DNA of 63,992 bases from a virus, in IMG/VR virus record IMGVR_UViG_3300048929_000258, positions 1-63,992 of that record; one strand, written 5' to 3'. Of the stretch, positions 16,963 through 23,605 are shown piece after piece; position 1 is the first letter of the stretch, and every line of letters starts with the position of its first letter. The translations under genes were made by a program, and so were the position numbers. The notes under the pieces were generated by a model, which saw nothing but the letters and a program-made list of their open reading frames with translations, ran no database searches and was not told the origin of the DNA.

Positions 16963-18992
16963 TCATCAATCCTTACATTTTCAGTTCTTCTGCTGATCCG
17001 TATTGGGATCGTGTTCGCTTGCTCCAGAACTTTGAAGGAGCAAATGCTAGCACTGCATTCTACGATGATGTCAGCGGCGATCCGTGGAGTTTTTCAGGCC
17101 CAACAATTTCTACAGATCAAGCCAAGTTCGGCTCAACCTGCGGCAAGTTCGCAGCGAGCAATGCTTATCTTGATTCTCCTTGCGCTGCATTCAACAAGAA
17201 TGATTTCACAATTGAGTGTTTCGTCTACTTGACAGCAACTAGCGCATCACTTGGCGCATTCATTTTCGATATGCGTCCAACAGGGCAAAATGGTGCATAT
17301 CCTGCACTGTACATTTTGAATGGGGCCGTTCGGTACTATGTAAATACTGCTGATCAAATAACGCAAGCCAGCGGTATGAGTACTGGCGCTTGGCATCATG
17401 TTGCGCTTTGTCGGGCGAGCGGCGTTACGAAATTGTTTGTGGATGGTACACAGGTCGGATCGAACTACACTGATACGAATGTGTATCAGGGATACAAGAT
17501 GAGGGTTGGCGCAAACCAGAACAATATTGGAGCGAGCGCTTTTGCACTTGGCTATATGGATGCGTTTCGCGTGACTGTAGGGGTTGCTCGCTACACAGCT
17601 GCTTTTACTCCGCCGTCCGTTCCATATCTGCAAGGTCCGCGCTACGATCCTTGGTTTGGCCAAGTAGCAGCACTCATGCATATGGATACGCCTGCGGACA
17701 CTTCCGGTCACATCAGCGATCAGACAGGCAAGGTCTATGCGATAAATGGCAATGCTGCAATCTCGACGCTTCAGAAGAAGTTTGGCGCAGCATCAGCATC
17801 ATTTGATGCTTCATTGACGAGTCATATTGACAGTCCGCTCAGCGGAGAGTTCTCTTTCTTTGCGGGGGACCTTACCATTGAGATGTGGGTGTACAAGCCT
17901 ACATTCACCACACAGTACAACTTCTTTGAAGTCAACACGACTCAAGGTGCTAACCCGTCTGATCGCATCGTGCTGTACTTCCCGAATGCTTCAGCTAATC
18001 CTCGCTTCTTCAACAACAGTGATAGAATTAGCTCTAGCATTGCTGTGTCTGCAAACACTTGGACACATATCGCACTCACGCGTGAATCTGCAGCTAGTAA
18101 CAACATGCAACTTTTCATTAATGGTGCTTCTGCAGGTACAGTATCACTTGGAACCTCTTTCCAGGAAGGTCGCATTCGCATTGGAGGCGACGGAACCACT
18201 GCCGCAATAAATGGTTACATCGATGAGCTGCGCATCACCAAGGGCGTTTGTCGCTACAGCGCTCCATTCCCAGCTCCCAACCAACCGCACGCAGATGTGC
18301 TAGCTGGGAATACAAGTGACTTGTTAAGCAACATCGTCAAGTCGCTTATGAATATGCGCGGCAGCAGTGGTGCTACATCCTTGATTGATGAGAAGGCTCG
18401 CACTTGGACGACGGGTGGTGATGTCAAGATTGACACTACTCAAGGATTCAACGCGGCAGTGTTCGATGGAACAGGAGATAGTTTGACAACTGCCAATGTA
18501 CAAGCAGACTTTGATTGGTGGATTGATGATTATACAATTGAGGCTTGGATCAAAGCTTCCAGCTTCAGCAGCTGGGAATATATCGATGGAAGCAATCACA
18601 ATCCGCGCCTTCACGGAAATATGACCGCAGCGTCATCTACCAGCAATTACTGGTCATTTGGCCCCATTGCTGGCGGTCAGCTGAAATTTTATTATTACAA
18701 TGGTTCATCGAATTCGGTTGTGAGCACAGCAACAGTGCCAACTGGACAGCTTACACATATTGCAATGACGAAGGCTGTTGATGGAATTCGCATGTTCATT
18801 GATGGAGTGCTAGTATCGGGGCCCACTGCTATATCTGGAACGCCTCAAAGTTCAACTGGCGTGACTCAAACCATTGGCGCGTTTAACAGTGGCAGTATTA
18901 CAGGCTACGTCAAAGCAACTCGCGTCACCAAAGGCAAAGCGAGATATCTTGCAAATTTCACCCCGCAAGCTGCACCCTATCCAACCTTCTGA
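16959..18992 (+). CDS. Tail fibre / receptor-binding protein with three LamG (concanavalin-like lectin) repeats
   Basis: 677 aa with a GTGA overlap. A block recurs three times: FTIECFVYL...WHHVALCR..GVTKLFVDGTQVGS, then LTIEMWVY...WTHIALTR...LFINGASAGT, then YTIEAWIKA...LTHIAMTK...MFIDGVLVSG. Confidence 0.65.
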   Translation: MIINPYIFSSSADPYWDRVRLLQNFEGANASTAFYDDVSGDPWSFSGPTISTDQAKFGSTCGKFAASNAYLDSPCAAFNKNDFTIECFVYLTATSASLGAFIFDMRPTGQNGAYPALYILNGAVRYYVNTADQITQASGMSTGAWHHVALCRASGVTKLFVDGTQVGSNYTDTNVYQGYKMRVGANQNNIGASAFALGYMDAFRVTVGVARYTAAFTPPSVPYLQGPRYDPWFGQVAALMHMDTPADTSGHISDQTGKVYAINGNAAISTLQKKFGAASASFDASLTSHIDSPLSGEFSFFAGDLTIEMWVYKPTFTTQYNFFEVNTTQGANPSDRIVLYFPNASANPRFFNNSDRISSSIAVSANTWTHIALTRESAASNNMQLFINGASAGTVSLGTSFQEGRIRIGGDGTTAAINGYIDELRITKGVCRYSAPFPAPNQPHADVLAGNTSDLLSNIVKSLMNMRGSSGATSLIDEKARTWTTGGDVKIDTTQGFNAAVFDGTGDSLTTANVQADFDWWIDDYTIEAWIKASSFSSWEYIDGSNHNPRLHGNMTAASSTSNYWSFGPIAGGQLKFYYYNGSSNSVVSTATVPTGQLTHIAMTKAVDGIRMFIDGVLVSGPTAISGTPQSSTGVTQTIGAFNSGSITGYVKATRVTKGKARYLANFTPQAAPYPTF

Positions 18993-19003
18993 GGATCACT
19001 ATC

Positions 19004-19543
19004 ATGTCCAAACAAATCGCTTGGGGTGCTCGTGTCGATCGATCCTTTGTTGATCGCGTTGTGCTTATGTGTAACAACCTACATTGGAACTGGGACCAAG
19101 CACCGTCGCAGCTGATGTCTTGCATTGCGTTTGAATCGGGCGAGACCTTCTCGCCTTCCATCAAGAACGCTGCCGGCAGCGGCGCAACTGGCTTGATTCA
19201 GTTTATGCCAGATACCGCGACAGGCTTGGGAACCAGCGTTCAAGCTTTGGCTGCAATGGACGCACTGGAACAGTTAAGCTGGGTGGAGCGATACTTCAGG
19301 CCGTATGCCGCCAAGATCGCTGCCGCGCCGGGCGTGCCGTCGATGTACATGGGCATCCTCCTACCCAAGTATTGCAGCGCGCCGGACAGCTCGATTTTGT
19401 TCACTGATGGAACGGTGGCTTACCGTCAAAATGCAGCGCTGGATGCAAATAATGACGGTAAGATCACCAAGGCAGAAGCTGCAGCGAAAGTAGCTGCAAA
19501 GCTGAGCAAAGGACTACTCCCTGCCAATGTCATAACGATCTGA
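19004..19543 (+). CDS. Endolysin, SLT-like lytic transglycosylase with a C-terminal EF-hand-like loop
   Basis: 179 aa. CIAFESGETFSP...GATGLIQFMPDTA is the E-S...GLxQ transglycosylase pattern. DANNDGKITKAE at 19442-19477 fits the 12-residue EF-hand loop consensus. Confidence 0.7.
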   Translation: MSKQIAWGARVDRSFVDRVVLMCNNLHWNWDQAPSQLMSCIAFESGETFSPSIKNAAGSGATGLIQFMPDTATGLGTSVQALAAMDALEQLSWVERYFRPYAAKIAAAPGVPSMYMGILLPKYCSAPDSSILFTDGTVAYRQNAALDANNDGKITKAEAAAKVAAKLSKGLLPANVITI

Positions 19544-19554
19544 CGGGAGGGGAT

Positions 19555-19890
19555 ATGGATTTTGGGCCTGGACATAATTTGCCCGCTTGGCTCCGCGCTG
19601 CCGCCTTTATGCTATTTGCTTCGATAGCCGGTGCGCTTGGTTATACGATGAGGATGATGGATTCGGATCGCAAGATCAGCAAGGCCCGCCTACTTGTTGA
19701 GTTCTTGTCATCTGGACTCGTTGGTCTATTTGTGATGTGGCTTTGCAACATTCAAGGTGTCAGTTTCGAAGTTACTGCGATCTCAGTTGGTGTCTCGGGG
19801 TGGCTGGGCGCATCAGCCTCTATCCAAATCATTCAACGATTTGTTTGGAGGAACCTGAAGCTCAACAGGAGCGATGACGATGTTGACTAA
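19555..19890 (+). CDS. Holin
   Basis: 111 aa with three hydrophobic segments (AAAFMLFASIAGALGY, LSSGLVGLFVMWLC, AISVGVSGWLGASA) and a charged C-terminus. It lies between the endolysin and spanin genes. Confidence 0.65.
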   Translation: MDFGPGHNLPAWLRAAAFMLFASIAGALGYTMRMMDSDRKISKARLLVEFLSSGLVGLFVMWLCNIQGVSFEVTAISVGVSGWLGASASIQIIQRFVWRNLKLNRSDDDVD

Positions 19891-20341
19891 TCTTTGGAAG
19901 TGGATCGAGTCAAAGTTTGCGGGCAAGCTGCGCTTGATCATCGAATACCTAATGATTGCAGCGTTGGCAACGGTTGCTGGATTCGCCTTCAATAGCTGGA
20001 TGAAGGAGCGCGACCTAGAAGGACAGGTGGGAACGCTGAGCACAAAGGTCGGTGGGCTGTCGCAAAGTCTCGATCAGGCAGTCCAAGCGAATCGTGATCA
20101 AGATGATGCGATCAAAGCTCTCAAGGATTTGCGCAAGAATGATAGCGACTCGATACTGGGTCTGCGCAAATTGGTGGAGACCAATGCCACCAAGAACCGA
20201 CAGGTGAGCGATAAGATCACCCAACTGGAGCAGAACAATGCGCAAGCAAAAGCTCTTCTGGATGTTGCTGTGCCCACTGCTGTTGGCTGCGTGCTCGACG
20301 GCACCTGTCCAGCCAACAGTGGTAGCACAAACAAAAACTGA
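19874..20341 (+). CDS. i-spanin (Rz-like)
   Basis: 155 aa with an N-terminal TM segment (IIEYLMIAALATVAGFAF) followed by a coiled-coil. The o-spanin gene overlaps its 3' end. Confidence 0.65.
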   Translation: MTMLTNLWKWIESKFAGKLRLIIEYLMIAALATVAGFAFNSWMKERDLEGQVGTLSTKVGGLSQSLDQAVQANRDQDDAIKALKDLRKNDSDSILGLRKLVETNATKNRQVSDKITQLEQNNAQAKALLDVAVPTAVGCVLDGTCPANSGSTNKN

Positions 20342-20618
20342 AATCCTAACGCCGCCAGAAGCGCTGATGGTGCTGTGCGAGCCTGCTACTCCAGTCCCGA
20401 CCAAGAAGGTGCGCGACATCGTTCAAAATGGACTTGGCTGGCAGAAGGCTTATGGCACTTGTGAAGCGCGGATGAAGTGTCTGGTGGGTTGGATACGATC
20501 CGTTGAAGCGGGGGCGAGTACCCCGGATTGCGACATCAACGTCGCTCCACCAGCCCCGGCAGCGACCAATAAACCGCCTACGAAGGCTCCTGCAAAGACC
20601 AAGCCCAAGGGTAAGTAG
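20238..20618 (+). CDS. o-spanin (Rz1-like lipoprotein)
   Basis: 126 aa with a signal peptide and LAAC lipobox (MRKQKLFWMLLCPLLLAAC). Pro-rich. It begins in another frame inside the Rz-like gene. Confidence 0.65.
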   Translation: MRKQKLFWMLLCPLLLAACSTAPVQPTVVAQTKTEILTPPEALMVLCEPATPVPTKKVRDIVQNGLGWQKAYGTCEARMKCLVGWIRSVEAGASTPDCDINVAPPAPAATNKPPTKAPAKTKPKGK

Positions 20619-20672
20619 CCGTAAGCGATTCGCGATCCTCCTGCACATGCTCCTGTGGTATCGACACAAAAG

Positions 20673-20697
20673 AAAAGCCGCCTCAAGGGCGGCTTTT
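20673..20697. terminator. Bidirectional rho-independent terminator between convergent late and early operons
   Basis: AAAAGCCGCC-tcaag-GGCGGCTTTT forms a 10-bp stem. An A-run lies upstream and a T-run downstream, so it can work on both strands. Confidence 0.8.
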
Positions 20698-20888
20698 CTC
20701 GTCTCAGGGGTAAGACTCCTACAACAGCTTGTGCACGTATCGGCGGTCAGTGTAGTACCCACCCAGCCTTTAACGTCTGCCCTTCTGGGAGCAATGCGCG
20801 GTGCATTCGCGCTGATGGACTCGACCTGCCATCAGTCAGGCTTGAAACACAGGGGTGTTCGCGGAAGGAGTAGGGTTTGATTACTTCA

Positions 20889-21131
20889 TCATCCACCTCC
20901 TGCTGTTGCCAGCTCAGGGTTCTTGCCAGCGTCCGGGGAAACGTCCCCAGAAATCTTGCATTCGGTTTTGAAGGTTTGACGGTAGTCCGGCCAAAGCTTG
21001 TTTCGCACCATTTCGCAATAGCTTGCTCGCTCGCGTAGCAAATCTTGCTTGTCCATCTCTCCGGAGATTCCGAAGACGGCCAGCAATACCATGGCAGTGA
21101 ACATCGTCCACAATTGGCGTTTGGTCGGCAT
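20889..21131 (-). CDS. Small membrane-anchored protein
   Basis: 80 aa from ATG 21129-21131, preceded by AAGGAG. It has an N-terminal TM segment (LWTMFTAMVLLAVFGI). Last gene of the second early operon. Confidence 0.55.
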   Translation of the reverse strand: MPTKRQLWTMFTAMVLLAVFGISGEMDKQDLLRERASYCEMVRNKLWPDYRQTFKTECKISGDVSPDAGKNPELATAGGG

Positions 21132-21142
21132 GAATCTTCTCC

Positions 21143-21364
21143 TTAATGGATCGCCATCAAGATCGCGGCGACAACCGTCATGACAGATGCGACGACAGCC
21201 AGCACCTTCGGCCACAGCGGCTTGCGTCGGGAAGCGAGCCAAAGGCGAGAATTCGCTTCATAGGCTTGTTGCGACTCGCGAAGCGCAGTGTGCTCATCGA
21301 CCAGCATAACATCAGGCACTTGATGCGCAAGATGAAGGTTGGCAGTGTATTCGGAACGGTCCAT
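21143..21364 (-). CDS. Small tail-anchored membrane protein
   Basis: 73 aa from ATG 21362-21364 (TTG 21370 is also in frame). It has a C-terminal TM segment (LWPKVLAVVASVMTVVAAILMAI). Confidence 0.5.
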   Translation of the reverse strand: MDRSEYTANLHLAHQVPDVMLVDEHTALRESQQAYEANSRLWLASRRKPLWPKVLAVVASVMTVVAAILMAIH

Positions 21365-21366
21365 GG

Positions 21367-21588
21367 TCAATGATCCTTTTTGCAGCTACAGCATTCATTG
21401 AATTCCACCATCCCAGGACCAAGCAGCATACCATCCCAGTCCGGGCAAAAATGCCAGCCTTCTGCGATCTCTTCTGCTGTGAGTTCTAGAAGGATGTTCA
21501 TTTCTAATGCGTAGTATCGCGCGGCATCCACAATCAAAGCTCCATCATGTCGCAGATGTCGATAAAAACGTTCCACTGAACACCGCAA
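21367..21588 (-). CDS. Hypothetical small Cys-containing protein (start uncertain)
   Basis: Up to 73 aa. The first 18 codons overlap the upstream zinc-ribbon gene, so ATG 21499-21501 (44 aa, MNILLELTAEE...) is an alternative start. Confidence 0.45.
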   Translation of the reverse strand: MRCSVERFYRHLRHDGALIVDAARYYALEMNILLELTAEEIAEGWHFCPDWDGMLLGPGMVEFNECCSCKKDH

Positions 21589-21722
21589 TCCTTACAGGTT
21601 AGCACGACATCCAGCTTGGGTTCTTCACCAGCAGGGCTATACCCAGCAACGGTGACTTCGTGATCCGCTGCGCCACAGCGGCTACAGCCGCGATCTAGGT
21701 TCAGGTCTAGAGATTCGTTCAC
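21534..21722 (-). CDS. Zinc-ribbon protein
   Basis: 62 aa with paired CxxC motifs (CSRCG ... CKDCG). Confidence 0.55.
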   Translation of the reverse strand: MNESLDLNLDRGCSRCGAADHEVTVAGYSPAGEEPKLDVVLTCKDCGVQWNVFIDICDMMEL

Positions 21723-21723
21723 G

Positions 21724-21957
21724 TCATTCTCCAGCCTGAGCGAGCGCGATCATCATGCGGGCCTCTTCCAGCATTTCAAGCCCCAGCTCGCGAAGGCCCA
21801 TCTTATCGAACTGCCGGGCGAGCGCGATGTGTTCATGCGCTTGGTTGAGGGTGATCTGACACGGAGTCAGACGTGGCGCCGGCAACGCGGTAATCAGTAG
21901 GATGATGTCCATGTTAAACTCGCTCGATCCGGTCCCACGATTTATGAATGGAAGCAA
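21724..21957 (-). CDS. Hypothetical protein (start uncertain)
   Basis: 77 aa ORF. ATG 21910-21912 (MDIILLIT..., 62 aa) is an alternative start lying 1 nt after the stop of a 41-aa upstream ORF (21914-22039). Confidence 0.45.
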   Translation of the reverse strand: MLPFINRGTGSSEFNMDIILLITALPAPRLTPCQITLNQAHEHIALARQFDKMGLRELGLEMLEEARMMIALAQAGE

Positions 21958-22077
21958 GATGGCGCATCACTTCCTCGCTGGAGCTGGCAATGACCTCAAG
22001 GATCATTACGCCAAAACGCCAAACCTGATAAGTGTTCATGACGGTCCCCGTTTTGATCAGTTGATGATCGTCCGTCG

Positions 22078-22104
22078 ATACTCCCGCTCCTTTGCGCGGG
22101 AGTA
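22078..22104 (-). promoter_or_regulatory. Intergenic 10-bp-stem hairpin
   Basis: ATACTCCCGC-tcctttg-GCGGGAGTAT lies just downstream of the 22116 stop on the transcript. No U-run follows, so this may be an RNA stability or processing element rather than a terminator. Confidence 0.4.
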
Positions 22105-22115
22105 TAGGCTGAAGA

Positions 22116-22346
22116 TCACTCCTTGGCGTTCTCCAGAGCGTCACGCGCGGATTCCAGTGAGCTGTAGGCGTCTTCCAGATTGCTGATGGCTTCCTGAGCC
22201 TTGTCGCCCTTCTCGCTTTGCTGTAGGCTTTCGGGCATGCCGTCGAAGGCGTCAGTTTCTTCATCACGGATCGTGTCGAGTTCGCTGATGGCGTTTTCGA
22301 TATCACTGATGAGCTTCTCGATGAGTTTGCGGCGAGCCTTGTTCAC
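22116..22346 (-). CDS. Hypothetical acidic coiled-coil protein
   Basis: 76 aa with a GTG start in a GTGA overlap. E/D/K-rich heptad-like sequence. Confidence 0.55.
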   Translation of the reverse strand: MNKARRKLIEKLISDIENAISELDTIRDEETDAFDGMPESLQQSEKGDKAQEAISNLEDAYSSLESARDALENAKE

Positions 22347-22618
22347 AGCTTAACTCCTTGCGGATGTGATGCCTTATAAATGGCAACTGCCTTGTCGAAT
22401 GCGATCTGAGATTCTTCAGCGTGCTTTTGAAAAGCGGTTCGCCAAATCACCTCAGCCTGCTCAGCGGTAAGATCGGAGCGCTCAACATAGGTCAGTTTGC
22501 CCCAGTGACCATAGATGTCTTGCATGGTCTTCTGGAAACTCTTGTAGGAGCGCGTGTAATAATGGAAGGTGTGATGCTTTCCATTACAGAGAACTTCTAG
22601 CACCTTGCTGCCAGCCAT
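22343..22618 (-). CDS. Hypothetical early protein (first gene of the second early operon)
   Basis: 91 aa. ATG preceded by CAGGAGAAAGCG within the duplicated leader. Confidence 0.6.
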   Translation of the reverse strand: MAGSKVLEVLCNGKHHTFHYYTRSYKSFQKTMQDIYGHWGKLTYVERSDLTAEQAEVIWRTAFQKHAEESQIAFDKAVAIYKASHPQGVKL

Positions 22619-22742
22619 CTCGCTTTCTCCTGTATCCGGTAGGGTCGCTCCCTTCCGTGAAAGTCATTATCCTCCAAAATAGCTTCGTGCGACAACGTTA
22701 CAGCGAATTATTCACCAGACAGATGTTCTAGGACATTTGGAC
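22619..22742 (-). promoter_or_regulatory. Early promoter/leader element, copy A
   Basis: 124 bp that aligns along its length with 36741-36866. The two share an identical 21-bp core GAATTATTCACCAGACAGATG (22705-22725 on the plus strand), a shared TGGAGGATA and TTCACGG, a hairpin, and ACCGGATAnAGGAGAAAGCGnG-ATG. Confidence 0.65.
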
Positions 22743-22781
22743 TATCTTTTCCTGGGCGCGAGAGGTGCTTTCTGCACGCCT

Positions 22782-23408
22782 CTAGGAGCCTCGGGCTGGT
22801 TTCCCGCGAGGATTCCCGCGACCCTTTCCAGCGCGTCCTGGAGCGACATGCTCCGGTGGTGCGCGATCCCTTCCGGTTCGCGACCCGCGATCACTAGCCA
22901 GCCGCGCTCCCGACTCCATGTGAGCGAGAAGCTGCTGAGCTGATTGGTGGCGATGTAGCCGGTTATACCGGGAGGCGGTGAAGATGACATTTCGCAACAA
23001 CTCCCATTGCTCACGCTTCATCGGAAGCGTTTGATGGAACAGCGCGCCGGCAATCATCTCATTCACCGTCGCATCATTAAAGGTCTTCGCCCAGTCACAA
23101 CCATTCAGCAACAGCACTCGCTTGTCAGTTCTCAAAAGGATGAAGGCGATACCACCCGCTTGACGCTGTCGCAAGAACCAGTTCTCTTGGGAGATGAGCA
23201 AGCCATGGTTGTTGCCAGAGATGAGCTTGGTGGTAGGCCGCGCTGGCTCCTTTGGTGCCTTCAATTCGATCCAAGCATCCTCGCTCGCCAAACATCCATT
23301 CACGTCCGGCTGGCCATTTCCAACTTCATTCTCGATCCGGTCCAAGCGATCCATATTGCGCGGCAGATGTTCACGAATTGACTGCCACCAAAGTGCTTCA
23401 GGCTTCAT
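22782..23408 (-). CDS. VRR-NUC / PD-(D/E)xK-like nuclease (3' end uncertain)
   Basis: 208 aa ORF. GQPDVNGCL...DAWIELKAP...ISQENWFLRQRQAGGIAFIL fits the D...ExK...Q..W pattern of VRR-NUC nucleases. The Arg/Gly-rich last 60 aa or so look non-coding, and an alternative frame (22742-23014) looks more protein-like. Confidence 0.5.
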   Translation of the reverse strand: MKPEALWWQSIREHLPRNMDRLDRIENEVGNGQPDVNGCLASEDAWIELKAPKEPARPTTKLISGNNHGLLISQENWFLRQRQAGGIAFILLRTDKRVLLLNGCDWAKTFNDATVNEMIAGALFHQTLPMKREQWELLRNVIFTASRYNRLHRHQSAQQLLAHMESGARLASDRGSRTGRDRAPPEHVAPGRAGKGRGNPRGKPARGS

Positions 23409-23605
23409 GAGCAGTCTTCATCAAAATTACAACGAGCACTTCGTTGCTGACCACATCGCGAACATTCTATGATGTCACGACCATCTTCGATGCCCTTATC
23501 ATGCTCACAGCAAGCAACGACTCTCCAATGTCCATGAATTCCATGTGGGCATTTTTCAGGTTGCTCAGCATCAAATAATGTGTACTGATTTTTAATTCGG
23601 TTCAT
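23405..23605 (-). CDS. Cys-rich small protein
   Basis: 66 aa with an ATGA overlap to the downstream gene. It has several Cys/His clusters (CPHGIHGH, CCEH, CSRCG, C..DEDC). Confidence 0.55.
   Translation of the reverse strand: MNRIKNQYTLFDAEQPEKCPHGIHGHWRVVACCEHDKGIEDGRDIIECSRCGQQRSARCNFDEDCS

Noticed and set aside
20698-20888. Possible tRNA, attP or small RNA in the 190-bp gap between convergent operons
   Set aside because: I found no cloverleaf with a T-loop (GTTCRANYC) or CCA end. Only short hairpins are present (for example CTGATGG-n10-CCATCAG at 20812-20835). There is no integrase anywhere in the genome. This is most simply the 3' UTR of the minus-strand operon running to the bidirectional terminator.
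21914-22306. 130-aa minus-strand ORF
   Set aside because: Most of it overlaps the better-supported 22116-22346 gene in another frame and spans the intergenic hairpin. Only its last 41 codons (ATG 22037-22039 to stop 21914) might be a real small gene.
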